From Candidatus Eiseniibacteriota bacterium (GTDB lineage: Bacteria; Desulfobacterota; Binatia; UBA9968): a stretch of 56,561 nt of DNA. A program made the position numbers and the translations under genes. The stretch's first letter is position 1, and each line of letters opens with the position of its first letter. The stretch spans positions 1 through 56,561 of the forward strand of contig DATMBL010000158.1 of assembly GCA_035559295.1 (NCBI GenBank), read 5' to 3'. The notes under the pieces are model-generated. The model saw only the letters and a list, made by a program, of their open reading frames with translations. It had not been told where the DNA came from and did no database searches. Shown in pieces: positions 1 to 9,274 of the stretch.

Positions 1-612
1 CACGAGAGCCGCGTCGGGCGGCGGCATTTCCACGTCATGGTCGAGTTCGGCCTCCTGAAGGCCGGCATCGTAGCACATGTAAACCGGTCCCTGGCGCCCG
101 CTCATCATCACCGAATAGGCGCGGGCGAACGCTCCAGGTACGCCGTCGACCGTCGCGGGTTGGTAATCCCATTTGATGAAGTTGCGGATCGCTTCGCCCT
201 GCACGTTGGCGGTGTGAATCCAGTCGATGAACGGCCGCCGCTTCGGCTCGGCCATCGGCCCGGTCGCGCCGATGATGAAGACCGGGGCGCGATCGAGGTA
301 AGCGTAGTAAATGCCCATCGGGGCATGCAGCAATCCGACGAGATCGTGCACGATCGCAATCATCGGCTTGCCGGTTACGCGCGCGTAACCGTGGGCGATC
401 TGTACCGCGATTTTTTCGTGCTGGCAGAGCAACATCGGCGGATCGTTCTCGCCGTAGTTCACCAGGGAATCGTGCAGCCCGCGGTAGCTCGCGCCGGGAT
501 TGAGCGCGATGTACTCAAACCCGTACCGCTTGATCATGTCCACGATCACATCGGACTGCCAGCGCCGATCGGATTTCTTGATGGTTTGCGGTTTCTCAGC
601 CGGTTTCGCCAT
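1..612 (-). CDS. Thiamine-diphosphate-dependent enzyme, N-terminal 204 codons (3' end runs off the window); paralogue of 730..2514
   Basis: Absent from the ORF track because no stop lies in the window. The reverse complement from the ATG at 612 reads MAKPAEKPQTIKKSDRRWQSDVIVDMIKRYGFEYIALNPGASYRGLHDSLVNYGENDPPMLLCQHEKIAVQIAHGYARVTGKPM... This is colinear with the N-terminus of the neighbouring 594-aa protein. A GGAGGA sequence lies 7 nt upstream of the ATG. Confidence 0.75.
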   Translation of the reverse strand, partial: MAKPAEKPQTIKKSDRRWQSDVIVDMIKRYGFEYIALNPGASYRGLHDSLVNYGENDPPMLLCQHEKIAVQIAHGYARVTGKPMIAIVHDLVGLLHAPMGIYYAYLDRAPVFIIGATGPMAEPKRRPFIDWIHTANVQGEAIRNFIKWDYQPATVDGVPGAFARAYSVMMSGRQGPVYMCYDAGLQEAELDHDVEMPPPDAALV

Positions 613-729
613 TCAATTTTCCTCCATTCGGTTCAACCACAAAGAACACAAAGGTCGCAAAATAGGTCGAAACGCTCAGAGCTTTTTGCATCCTTGTGCG
701 TTCTCTGCGCTTATATTTCTTGCAGTTTC

Positions 730-2514
730 CTATGCGTTTTCGCCGCGGCGCCAGACGACGGTATCGACAAGCGCTGGTTTGCCCGCCTCAACCTGCGCGA
801 TCGCGCGGCGGAGCGCCGGCCCGACCTCGGCCGGGTCTTCGATCGGGCCCTCCGCATACCAGCCGAAGCCCTTGGCGATGTGCGCGAAATCGGGCGGAGG
901 GGCTTCGAGGTCCATGCCGATGTACGCCCGCGCGGGGTCGGTGCCGCGCTGGTGCGCCATGTGGATTTGATGAGCCCAGTCGTTGTAGTAGGCGCGGTTG
1001 TTGTACATGATGACAAGCATCGGGATCTCGTACTTGACCGGCATCCACAGAGCGCCGAGATCGAACATCAGGTCGCCATCGGGTTGGAAATCGACCACGA
1101 GCTTCCCCGAACCCTTGTAAGCAAGCGCGACGCCGATCGAGAGGCCGATCTGTGTCCCGGTGCCGAGCTCCCTGCCGACGTGGCGGTAGGGGCGGTCGAA
1201 ATTCCACACCTTGTGCACCCATTCCTTCAGGGTGTTGGCGGTGAGCACCCAGTCGTGCTCCTGAATCACCTGCCAGGTCTCGTGGGCGAGCCGCGCTTCG
1301 GTCATCGGCCGCTCCTGCCATTGATCTCGGACCTGCTCTTGCCACTTGGCCCACTGGCGCGCGTGTCTCTCCGCGATCGCCTGCTTGCGGCTCTCGATCC
1401 GTGCGCCGAGTCCCTTGTTGCCCTCGATGCGCTTACGGCAGGCGCCGGTCAGGGCCGGAATGGCAAGCGCGCTGTCGCCGAGCACGCGCAGGTCCCAATT
1501 GTGATGCTTGTTGTAGTCGGTCGCCCACTTGCTGATCTCCAGGTCGGCAAAACCGACATCGATCCATCGGCAGTCCGGATCGGTCACGACCGTAATCTCG
1601 CGCGTTTGCGTGTTGAGCTTGTGTGACCCGCGCGTCCAATCGACAACATCGAGGGCGACCACGAGGTCGACGCCTTTGAACGCGTCGGGATGAAAGCTCA
1701 CGCTCAGCGGATGCCGGTTCGGAAAGCCGAGCCGCTTGTTGACGTCAAAGACGGACGCGCCGATCGTCTCGGCCAGCGCGACCGTCGAATCGAATCCGAT
1801 CGGCATACGCGCGGCATATTCGGTGAGCAACAGCGGGCTTTCGGCTGCAAGGATCATGTCCGCCGCCGCTTCGATCGCATCAGCCTCGGGCGCGATCCGC
1901 GAGGGGACCCTGACGGCGTATTTCGGAAGCATGACTTCCTCTTTTAATGGGCTTTCCTGGAGCGCCGAGTCGTAGCAGAGGTAGACCGGCCCCTGCGGTT
2001 CGCTCATCATGATCGAGTAAGCGCGGGCGAACGAATCCGGGACCCCGTGGATCGAACCGGGTTGGTAGTCCCACTTGACGAAATTGCGTATCGGATCGGC
2101 TTGAGCAAAGGCGGTATGGATCCAGTCGATAAACGGCCGCCGCAGCTTTTCGTCCATCGGCCCGGTTGCGCCGACGATAAACACCGGACACCGGTCGATG
2201 TAGGCGTAGTAAATGCCCATGGGCGCGTGGAGCAGCCCGACCACATCGTGCACGATCGCCATCATCGGCTTTCCCGTGGCTTTGGCGTAGCCGTGCGCGA
2301 TTTGCACGGCGATTTTTTCGTGGTTGCAGAGCAGCATCGGGGGTTGGTTCTCACCGTAGTTGACGAGCGAGTCATGAAGCCCCCGAAAGCTCGCGCCGGG
2401 ATTCAAGGCGATATAAGGGAACTCGTACTGTTTGATCAAATCGACGATGATATCCGATTGCCAGCGCTGGCTCGACTTCTTGATGCTCGATTTGCTGCTC
2501 GATGGCTCGCTCAT
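730..2514 (-). CDS. Thiamine-diphosphate-dependent enzyme (acetolactate synthase / benzoylformate decarboxylase superfamily), substrate unknown
   Basis: 594-aa ORF. The N-terminal TPP-enzyme pyrimidine-binding pattern is present (ALNPGASFRGLHDSL...HEKIAVQIAHGYAKATGKP...GATGP). The C-terminal PP-binding region is also present (GTGTQIGLSIG...DGDLMF...NNRAYYN). Confidence 0.85.
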   Translation of the reverse strand: MSEPSSSKSSIKKSSQRWQSDIIVDLIKQYEFPYIALNPGASFRGLHDSLVNYGENQPPMLLCNHEKIAVQIAHGYAKATGKPMMAIVHDVVGLLHAPMGIYYAYIDRCPVFIVGATGPMDEKLRRPFIDWIHTAFAQADPIRNFVKWDYQPGSIHGVPDSFARAYSIMMSEPQGPVYLCYDSALQESPLKEEVMLPKYAVRVPSRIAPEADAIEAAADMILAAESPLLLTEYAARMPIGFDSTVALAETIGASVFDVNKRLGFPNRHPLSVSFHPDAFKGVDLVVALDVVDWTRGSHKLNTQTREITVVTDPDCRWIDVGFADLEISKWATDYNKHHNWDLRVLGDSALAIPALTGACRKRIEGNKGLGARIESRKQAIAERHARQWAKWQEQVRDQWQERPMTEARLAHETWQVIQEHDWVLTANTLKEWVHKVWNFDRPYRHVGRELGTGTQIGLSIGVALAYKGSGKLVVDFQPDGDLMFDLGALWMPVKYEIPMLVIMYNNRAYYNDWAHQIHMAHQRGTDPARAYIGMDLEAPPPDFAHIAKGFGWYAEGPIEDPAEVGPALRRAIAQVEAGKPALVDTVVWRRGENA

Positions 2515-2626
2515 TCAGATCGTCTCCTCGGGAAAGTAGCGATGTTGCCGCCAGGCGCGGCCTGGTGTCGCAGGTTTAGTTATCCGGAAAGCGGACGGCC
2601 CGTCAAGGGCGCGTTTCGCTGGTTTC

Positions 2627-2884
2627 CTATGAGGCGGCGGATCGCGAACGGTCGATGCTCTTTTGAATTGTCGGTAGAGCCTCGGGATAATGGAGGGCGG
2701 CGATGCACAGGAGAGCCTCGATCTCCTTTTCGTCGCAGGAGACTACCATCAGAACGGGTTTCTGGTTTTCGTCAAGGATGAATCCGACTTCTCGCCAAAC
2801 CGAAACGAGAATCGCTTGCTTATGCAAATGATCGCCCAGCATCTTGAAAGCTTCCGGGGTAAGCTCGACCGTGAACTGTTTCAT
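2627..2884 (-). CDS. Hypothetical small protein (85 aa from MKQFTVEL...)
   Basis: Open frame with an internal ATG at 2884. I recognise no motif. The codon usage looks coding, but support is weak. Confidence 0.3.
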   Translation of the reverse strand: MKQFTVELTPEAFKMLGDHLHKQAILVSVWREVGFILDENQKPVLMVVSCDEKEIEALLCIAALHYPEALPTIQKSIDRSRSAAS

Positions 2885-3063
2885 GACGAGGGGACAGCCA
2901 TAGCGCAGGGTTGTAGCAAAGCGCAAGCGGATTTCCGACCGGTTGACGCATCCCTAAAAAAGGGCGGAAAGTGCCAGGGTCGCGGAGCGAAAGTAGAAAC
3001 GGCGAAAAGGAACCGAGCGGAGCTCGTCGAAACGATTGCCGCACCCTTTCTCGGGCGGAACAA

Positions 3064-3138
3064 TGGTGGTCCCAACGGGATTCGAACCCGTGTTACCGAC
3101 GTGAGAGGCCGGTGTCCTAGCCGCTAGACGATGGGACC
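3064..3138 (-). tRNA. tRNA-Glu (anticodon CUC), CCA encoded
   Basis: The reverse complement is GGTCCCATCGTCTAGCGGCTAGGACACCGGCCTCTCACGTCGGTAACACGGGTTCGAATCCCGTTGGGACCACCA. It folds as a cloverleaf with acceptor GGTCCCA/TGGGACC, anticodon loop CTCTCAC and T-loop GGTTCGAATCC. It is colinear with the canonical bacterial tRNA-Glu. Confidence 0.92.
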
Positions 3139-3140
3139 GT

Positions 3141-3216
3141 TGGCTGAGGAGGTAGGACTCGAACCTACAATCGCCTGATCCAGAGTCAGGTGGCTTACCA
3201 GTTAGCCGACTCCTCA
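3141..3216 (-). tRNA. tRNA-Gln (anticodon CUG), CCA encoded
   Basis: The reverse complement is TGAGGAGTCGGCTAACTGGTAAGCCACCTGACTCTGGATCAGGCGATTGTAGGTTCGAGTCCTACCTCCTCAGCCA. The acceptor is TGAGGAG/CTCCTCA (U1-A72), the anticodon stem is CCTGA/TCAGG with loop CTCTGGA, and the T-arm is GTAGG/CCTAC. Confidence 0.92.
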
Positions 3217-3283
3217 ATCGGCGGGCGCAATCAAACTAGAAGAATTGCGCCGCCGAGTCAAGGCAAACGGGCCCGGGGGCGGG

Positions 3284-4708
3284 TTACGATACAGCCGGCG
3301 CGATCCCTCCGGCCGCGCGCCGCAAGCGCATCAACGTGCGCTCTTTTCCCAGGACCGAGATGACATCGTAAATCCCCGGGCTGACGGTCGTCCCGGTAAG
3401 CGCGACGCGCGCCGCTTGAGCCAGGCTTGCAATCGGCAAGCCGAATGCCTGGAGGACTTCGGCGAAGGCCGACTCGATTGCGGGTGGATCAAAAGCCTCC
3501 AGCCGGGCGAGCTTGTCGATTAGCGCGTGTAGCGCCGGCAGGATTTTTGGGGTGAGAAACTTTTTGGCCGCCTTCGAATCGAGCGTGATCTCGTCGGTGA
3601 GGTAGAAACTCGCGGCATCAACCAGCTCGACGAGGGTTTTACACCTCTCCTGGAGCGTGCCAAGCGCTCGTTCAAGCCACGCCCGATCCCGCGGCACGGG
3701 AAATCCTTTGGACTCGATGAACGGGATAACGTCTTCGGCGAGCTGCGGGAGAGGGCGCGATTTGAGGTAGTGAAAATTAACCCAGAGAAACTTTTCCGGA
3801 TTGAACACGCCGGCGGATTTCCCGACCGATTCGAGAGAAAACTTTTCGATCAGCTCGTCCCGGGAAAAGATCTCCTGATCTCCGTGCGACCAGCCGAGCC
3901 GCACCAGATAATTCAGGACCGCTTCCGGAAAATAACCCATGTCGCGATAGGCCAGGACCGATGTCGCTCCATGGCGTTTGCTGAGCCGGGCCTTGTCGAT
4001 GCCCAGGATCAGCGGAACGTGCGCAAACTCGGGCGGCGTGCTCTCGAGAGCGTGATAGAGTTGGATTTGCCGCGGCGTGTTCGCCAGGTGATCATCGCCG
4101 CGGATAATGTGGCTCACGCGCATGTCGATGTCATCGACGACGACGCAGAAATTGTACGTAGGCGTGCCGTCGGAGCGCGCGATGATCAGGTCGTCCAGCT
4201 CCCGATTGTCGAAGACGACTTCGCCCTTGACCGCATCATTGACCACCGTCGATCCCTCGCGCGGCGAGCGGAAGCGGATGCTGTAGGGGACTCCGTGGGG
4301 CAACGCCGGAGCCGTCCCCTCCGGCGGCCGGCACGTGCCGTCGTAGATCGGCTTACGCTTTTCCTTCAACGCCGCCTGTCGCTTGGCTTCCAGTTGCTCC
4401 GGCGTGCATACGCATGGATAGGCTTTGCCCCTTCGGAGCAGCCAATCGATCCGCTCCCGATAAAGCGCCAGGCGCGCGGTTTGAAAAAACGGCCCTTCGT
4501 CATAGTCGAGCCGAAGCCAGCGCATCGCTTCGAGGATCGCATGGATCGCTTCAGGGGTGGAGCGCTCCCGATCGGTGTCTTCGATACGCAGGATAAACTG
4601 CCCGCGATGGTGGCGGGCGAAGAGATAGTTGAAAAGCGCCGTGCGGGCGCCGCCGATATGCAGGTAACCCGTGGGGCTCGGCGCGAAGCGCGTGCGGACC
4701 GGCGACAT
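3284..4708 (-). CDS. gltX: Glutamate--tRNA ligase
   Basis: 474 aa. It has the class I HIGH motif (PSPTGYLHIGGARTA), a KMSKS-type motif (RLSKRHG) and IEDTDRERS. Confidence 0.95.
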   Translation of the reverse strand: MSPVRTRFAPSPTGYLHIGGARTALFNYLFARHHRGQFILRIEDTDRERSTPEAIHAILEAMRWLRLDYDEGPFFQTARLALYRERIDWLLRRGKAYPCVCTPEQLEAKRQAALKEKRKPIYDGTCRPPEGTAPALPHGVPYSIRFRSPREGSTVVNDAVKGEVVFDNRELDDLIIARSDGTPTYNFCVVVDDIDMRVSHIIRGDDHLANTPRQIQLYHALESTPPEFAHVPLILGIDKARLSKRHGATSVLAYRDMGYFPEAVLNYLVRLGWSHGDQEIFSRDELIEKFSLESVGKSAGVFNPEKFLWVNFHYLKSRPLPQLAEDVIPFIESKGFPVPRDRAWLERALGTLQERCKTLVELVDAASFYLTDEITLDSKAAKKFLTPKILPALHALIDKLARLEAFDPPAIESAFAEVLQAFGLPIASLAQAARVALTGTTVSPGIYDVISVLGKERTLMRLRRAAGGIAPAVS

Positions 4709-4857
4709 CGTTTTAAACTAACAGGGGCCTTAAACCCGGTCAACGTCGAGCGGCGTTCTTTCGGATACAGCCGGGCACCGATGATGACGCGATCTTATCG
4801 AAACCGTGTTTGATGTGTTAGTATAACGATAAACGACCAGGAACGTTGGAAACAGGC

Positions 4858-6576
4858 ATGGCGGAACTAAAAAGGACCGTGACGGCACCGGAGAGCCCGC
4901 CGGCGCATTTCATTCGCAACATTGTTGCAGAAGATGTCAGAGCTGGCAAATACGGCGGCCGCGTTCACACTCGTTTTCCGCCCGAACCCAACGGCTTTCT
5001 CCACATCGGCCACGCAAAATCGATTTGCCTCAATTTCGGTCTGGCCGCCGAGTTCGGCGGCCTTTGCAACCTTCGGTTCGACGACACGAATCCGAGCAAA
5101 GAGAGTCTCGCCTATGTTCAGGCGATCAAGGAGGACGTGCGTTGGCTCGGCTTTGATTGGAACGGGCGCGAATTCTACGCCTCCGACTATTTCGATCGGC
5201 TCTATGAGTTTGCGCTTCGATTGATCAAGGCGGGCAAGGCGTATGTCTGCGACTTGACCGCAGATCAGATTCGAGAGTACCGCGGAACACTCACCGAACC
5301 GGGCCGAAACAGCCCGTATCGGAATCGCGCGATCGAGGAAAACCTCGAGCTCTTTGAAAGAATGCGCGCGGGGGAATTTCCCGACGGGGCGCGGACGCTT
5401 CGGGCCAAGATCGACATGGCGTCGCCCAACCTGAACCTGCGCGATCCGGTGATGTACCGTATTCTCCACGCGAACCACCATCGGACGGGAAATCGCTGGT
5501 GCATCTATCCGACGTACGATTTTGCCCACGGGCAGTGCGACTCCCTAGAAGGCATCACGCATTCGATCTGCACGCTCGAATTCGAAGACCACCGCCCGCT
5601 TTATGACTGGTTCCTCGATCAACTCGAGATCCACCACCCGCAGCAGATCGAGTTTGCCCGTTTGAACCTGACGCACACCGCGCTGAGCAAGCGAAAGCTG
5701 TTGCAGTTGGTGGAGCGCGGGCACGTTACCGGGTGGGATGATCCCAGGATGCCGACACTCGCCGGGCTTCGCAGGCGCGGCTATACGCCGGAGGCGATCC
5801 GGCTGTTTTGCGAGCGGATCGGCGTCGCCAAGCGCAACAGCACCGTCGATATTGCGATGCTCGAACATTGCCTGCGCGAGGATCTCAACAAACGGGCGCG
5901 GCGGGCAATGGCGGTTTTGCGACCGTTGAAGGTCGTAATCGAAAATTATCCCGAAGGGCGCGTCGAGGAGTTGGAGGCGGTCAACAACCCGGAAGACCCG
6001 GAAATGGGAACGCGCACGGTCCCGTTCTCGCGGGAGCTTTACATCGAGCGAGACGACTTTCGCGAAGTACCGCCGAAGGGATTTTTTCGTCTGGCCCCAG
6101 GCGGGGAAGTCCGGCTCCGTTACGCGTATATCGTCAAGTGCGTCGGTCTCGTTAAAGATCCCGCTTCCGGCGAGATTCGAGAGTTGATCTGTACCTACGA
6201 TCCGGAAACGAAAAGCGGCAGCTCGCGCAGCGGCCGGAAAGTCAAAGCGACGATCCACTGGGTTTCAGCGACCCATGCGGTTGCCGCGGAGGTGCGGCTC
6301 TACGATCATCTGTTTGCGACCGAGGACCCGGACGAGGTCCCGGACGGCTCCGACTGGCTCGCCAATCTCAATCCGAACTCGCTCGAGCGCTTGACTTCGT
6401 GCCGCGTCGAACCCGGCCTTGCGCGCGCCCTGCCCGGCGAGATCTATCAGTTCGAGCGGCTCGGCTATTTCTGCGTCGATTCGGTGGACTCCCGGCCGGA
6501 GAAGCCGGTTTTCAACCGAGCGGTCGGTCTGCGAGACGCGTGGGTTAAGATCGAGCAAGCGCAGAAGGCTAAATGA
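4858..6576 (+). CDS. glnS: Glutamine--tRNA ligase
   Basis: The ORF runs 4846..6576, and the first ATG is at 4858 (MAELKRTV...). Motifs seen are [25 protein letters not shown], the YDFAH region and LSKRKL. The length is typical of GlnRS. Confidence 0.95.
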   Translation: MAELKRTVTAPESPPAHFIRNIVAEDVRAGKYGGRVHTRFPPEPNGFLHIGHAKSICLNFGLAAEFGGLCNLRFDDTNPSKESLAYVQAIKEDVRWLGFDWNGREFYASDYFDRLYEFALRLIKAGKAYVCDLTADQIREYRGTLTEPGRNSPYRNRAIEENLELFERMRAGEFPDGARTLRAKIDMASPNLNLRDPVMYRILHANHHRTGNRWCIYPTYDFAHGQCDSLEGITHSICTLEFEDHRPLYDWFLDQLEIHHPQQIEFARLNLTHTALSKRKLLQLVERGHVTGWDDPRMPTLAGLRRRGYTPEAIRLFCERIGVAKRNSTVDIAMLEHCLREDLNKRARRAMAVLRPLKVVIENYPEGRVEELEAVNNPEDPEMGTRTVPFSRELYIERDDFREVPPKGFFRLAPGGEVRLRYAYIVKCVGLVKDPASGEIRELICTYDPETKSGSSRSGRKVKATIHWVSATHAVAAEVRLYDHLFATEDPDEVPDGSDWLANLNPNSLERLTSCRVEPGLARALPGEIYQFERLGYFCVDSVDSRPEKPVFNRAVGLRDAWVKIEQAQKAK

Positions 6577-6584
6577 GCACGCCG

Positions 6585-7907
6585 TCAAAAAGCGTAGCTC
6601 AAGGAAAGCGCGACAAAATTATTGAAGGTGGTAAATTTGTCGCGTCCCGGAACCCCGAGAAAAGGAATGCCCGTCGCCGGAATCCCTTCGAGCTCGACGT
6701 TTCGCGCGCGCCTGGTCTTATAAAGCGCCGCCATATATCCCACATCGACCGAGATCCTTCCAACGTGATAACCCACGCCCGCGTTCAGGGTGAGAATGTC
6801 GGCGCCGGGGATCGCCGGGTTTAGCCTTCGCTCGGGGATCGGCGTCTCATCCAAAGTAATCCCTGCGCGAATTTCCCACGCGGCGGTGAGCTTGTAGAAT
6901 GCTCCGAGCCGAAAAACGCTCGTGCTCTTCCATTCCTGCGGTAGACTGAAGCCCGCGACCGGCGCACCGAGAAAACGCGGTCTGGGCGAGAACGTCGCGC
7001 CAAAGCGGGCAAACTCCTCCCAGCGGACATGCTCGTAAACAAACTCGGCGCCGAGAAACGGCGTGATTTGCCAGAACACGCCGAGATCGATGACGGGGGG
7101 CAGCGGAAGCGGCCGTACCTCGGCACTCGTAGCGGCGATCGAAAAGGCGCCTTCGAGTTTCACGCGCGCCTCTCTAAATCGTAAATCCGTGCGAGACCGG
7201 TAGCTAAAGCCCAGCTTTATCCGATCCACAGGTTTGAACAGGATACCGAGATTGTACGCGAACGCATGCGTCGTATCGGTAATGCGCATTCGTCCTTCGA
7301 GGCCGATCGGAGCGGTGCATCCCGTGATCGGATCGAAGCACAACGCGCGCGAAAATAACCCTGTGGCATGGACGAAACTCGCGCCGGCGCCGATGGACAG
7401 CTGTTTAAAAGGGCTCCAGGAAAAGGCCGGCGTCACGTAGAGCGTTCTCAGCTCCGTGCGCTGCGCCGCGAAGCGCGCAAAGCCCGCTTCGTACGTTGTC
7501 GCCAACCCAAATGGCGTGTATGCGCCGAGGCCGAAAGTGACGTTGCTTCCGGGGAGATGATAATTGACAAACAGCGCCGCGAGAAAGTTGTCGTCGTGGA
7601 GGTTACGGGCCTCGCGCGCTCTATTTTCGACGCTGTTGATGACGTTGATGTAACTTCCGTTGAGCAACAGTACGTTGCCGTCGACCTCGCGCAACGCCGC
7701 CGGGTTGTAATAGACGGCCGACGGGTCGTCTACACCGGCAGTCAAAGCGTTGGCCATACCGAGGCCCTTTGCGGTTTGGTGCGGGATCATAAAGCCGCCG
7801 GCATGACACCGATCATATGCGATGACCGCTCCCAGCAGCACGGCGAGTAGCAATCCGAGCGCAATTTGGCGTCGCGAACGCCAAGGCATGATGTCCAAGT
7901 TGCCCAT
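6585..7907 (-). CDS. Outer-membrane transport protein, OMPP1/FadL/TodX family
   Basis: 440 aa. It has an N-terminal hydrophobic signal region, a YYNPAAL-type motif near the N-terminus, a beta-strand-like alternating pattern and a C-terminal aromatic residue (SLSYAF). Confidence 0.8.
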   Translation of the reverse strand: MGNLDIMPWRSRRQIALGLLLAVLLGAVIAYDRCHAGGFMIPHQTAKGLGMANALTAGVDDPSAVYYNPAALREVDGNVLLLNGSYINVINSVENRAREARNLHDDNFLAALFVNYHLPGSNVTFGLGAYTPFGLATTYEAGFARFAAQRTELRTLYVTPAFSWSPFKQLSIGAGASFVHATGLFSRALCFDPITGCTAPIGLEGRMRITDTTHAFAYNLGILFKPVDRIKLGFSYRSRTDLRFREARVKLEGAFSIAATSAEVRPLPLPPVIDLGVFWQITPFLGAEFVYEHVRWEEFARFGATFSPRPRFLGAPVAGFSLPQEWKSTSVFRLGAFYKLTAAWEIRAGITLDETPIPERRLNPAIPGADILTLNAGVGYHVGRISVDVGYMAALYKTRRARNVELEGIPATGIPFLGVPGRDKFTTFNNFVALSLSYAF

Positions 7908-8066
7908 GTGTTCGGCCCCCGGCGCAAATGTGATTATGAACGCGGGTCTATATCAAAGGATGCAGCCTGTATACAAACGCAGCATTGCCGAGCCCATGGG
8001 GAGCGCACGCCGGATTCCTCACGGGTTATAGATATATATGGATAGAGCCAACAGGTGGAGAGAACC

Positions 8067-8095
8067 TTGACTAACAGTGCCAACTGCTGTATAGG
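8067..8095 (+). promoter_or_regulatory. Sigma70-type promoter candidate (TTGACT-17 nt-TATAGG) upstream of the HTH/VTC/MFS genes
   Basis: The hexamers were read directly from the sequence. The site lies in an AT-rich intergenic region about 40 nt before the ATG at 8137. Confidence 0.35.
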
Positions 8096-8136
8096 AGTGC
8101 GAACTTCTACACAGAATAGCCATATATTGCGTTAAA

Positions 8137-8328
8137 ATGCACGAAACTCTTTTGACCACAGACGAACTCGCCAGCTACTTGAAAGTTGACCGATTTACGA
8201 TATATCGGCTCGTCGCGAGGAAGAAAATTCCAGCCTTCCGCGTCGGCAACCAATGGCGGTTTAAGAAAGCTTTGATCGACGCGTGGCTGCTTGAGAACTC
8301 AACTCTCCGTTCGAAGCGATCGACTTGA
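8137..8328 (+). CDS. Small helix-turn-helix DNA-binding protein (excisionase/MerR-like HTH family)
   Basis: 63 aa. The pattern LLTTDELASYLKVDRFTIYRLVARKKIPAFRVGNQWRFKKALIDAWL is the typical excisionase-family HTH signature. Confidence 0.7.
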   Translation: MHETLLTTDELASYLKVDRFTIYRLVARKKIPAFRVGNQWRFKKALIDAWLLENSTLRSKRST

Positions 8329-8352
8329 GGCGAGGCTTAGGAGTACGGGAAC

Positions 8353-9252
8353 ATGGCCAGTCAATTCAAGACGCCGAACGATATGAGCATTCAATGCCCT
8401 GGATCCGACACATCGGTCTCCGAACCGAATTTCCAGGATCGGATCGAGCGTAATTACTTGATCGGCCTCGTTGAGAGCAGCACGGGTATGCTATGGCGGC
8501 AACTGGGTGAATACCTCACCGGGTATGGGTTTCATCCGATCTACAACATCACATGTGTCGGTAGCGTTTATTTTGATAACCGTGACTTTGATCTAACGCG
8601 TTTCACCATTCTGAATGGCGGTCGTCACATTCTTGTTCGGCTTCGGGCGTATGAGAGCTATGGCGAAGCACCGAAGCCTATATTGCATTATTGGGTTGAA
8701 GTAAAAATCAGAGAAAAAGAACGATGGAGGAAAAAGAGATTTAGACTGGATCGGCGGGATCTTGCTGGTTTATTAACGGGCGGGGATCCTGGTCGAAGCC
8801 TCTTTGAATCGAATGCGGTTTCCTCGGTCGCGGTGAGACAACTGTATCGTGAAACACAGGAGACCATCTTAACGAACGGCCTCAGGCCGATACTTTTACT
8901 AACGTATCGGAGGCTAGCTTTTCAAAACGACACAGAACGAGTTTGTCTCGATTCCGACATAAGATATTACCACGTTGACGAAGACGTCTACACTTACGAT
9001 TCGTGGAAGTATCCTATCCAAGAACCAGCCGGGAAATCACGAAAGGTAATTTTAGAACTTAAGTATCCCGATGGCGCGCTTCCGGTCTGGTTAGAGAGTC
9101 TCGAACAGCGGTACCCAATCACGTTGACGAATTTCTCCAAATACGTGGAGGGAATGGGCGTTTTGTTTCAGGGGCCGCTTAGAAGCCATAGAGAAGCGAC
9201 CTACTTTCTGCCGCGGATCGAGACTTACATGCTCAATTCTGAACGACTCTAG
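8353..9252 (+). CDS. VTC-domain (CYTH-like triphosphate-tunnel / polyphosphate-polymerase-like) protein
   Basis: 299 aa. The hallmarks of bacterial VTC-domain proteins appear in order: E-x-N/K-Y-L, SVYFDNRDFDL, VRLRAY, WVEVKIREK..KKRFRL, LTYRRLAF, VILELKY and the C-terminal FSKYVEGM. Confidence 0.65.
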   Translation: MASQFKTPNDMSIQCPGSDTSVSEPNFQDRIERNYLIGLVESSTGMLWRQLGEYLTGYGFHPIYNITCVGSVYFDNRDFDLTRFTILNGGRHILVRLRAYESYGEAPKPILHYWVEVKIREKERWRKKRFRLDRRDLAGLLTGGDPGRSLFESNAVSSVAVRQLYRETQETILTNGLRPILLLTYRRLAFQNDTERVCLDSDIRYYHVDEDVYTYDSWKYPIQEPAGKSRKVILELKYPDGALPVWLESLEQRYPITLTNFSKYVEGMGVLFQGPLRSHREATYFLPRIETYMLNSERL

Positions 9253-9274
9253 CCGAGCCTCCGAAAAAAACTCC

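Noticed and set aside
37-1626. 529-aa plus-strand ORF spanning both TPP-enzyme genes
   Set aside because: It is antisense to two genes with clear TPP-enzyme motifs. Its translation is Arg/Ala/Gly/Val-rich with no recognisable domain, and it crosses the intergenic spacer. This is the typical shadow ORF of high-GC DNA.
3770-4813. 347-aa plus-strand ORF opposite gltX
   Set aside because: It is antisense to an unambiguous GluRS gene and its sequence is low-complexity and Arg-rich.
8137-8328. Excisionase-family HTH as a marker of a prophage or integrative element (together with the AT-rich composition)
   Set aside because: The AT-richer segment has no integrase, recombinase, phage or conjugation genes. 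It has no flanking direct repeats that I could find, and no tRNA at its border. The HTH is more likely a small transcription factor. Horizontal origin remains possible but is unproven.
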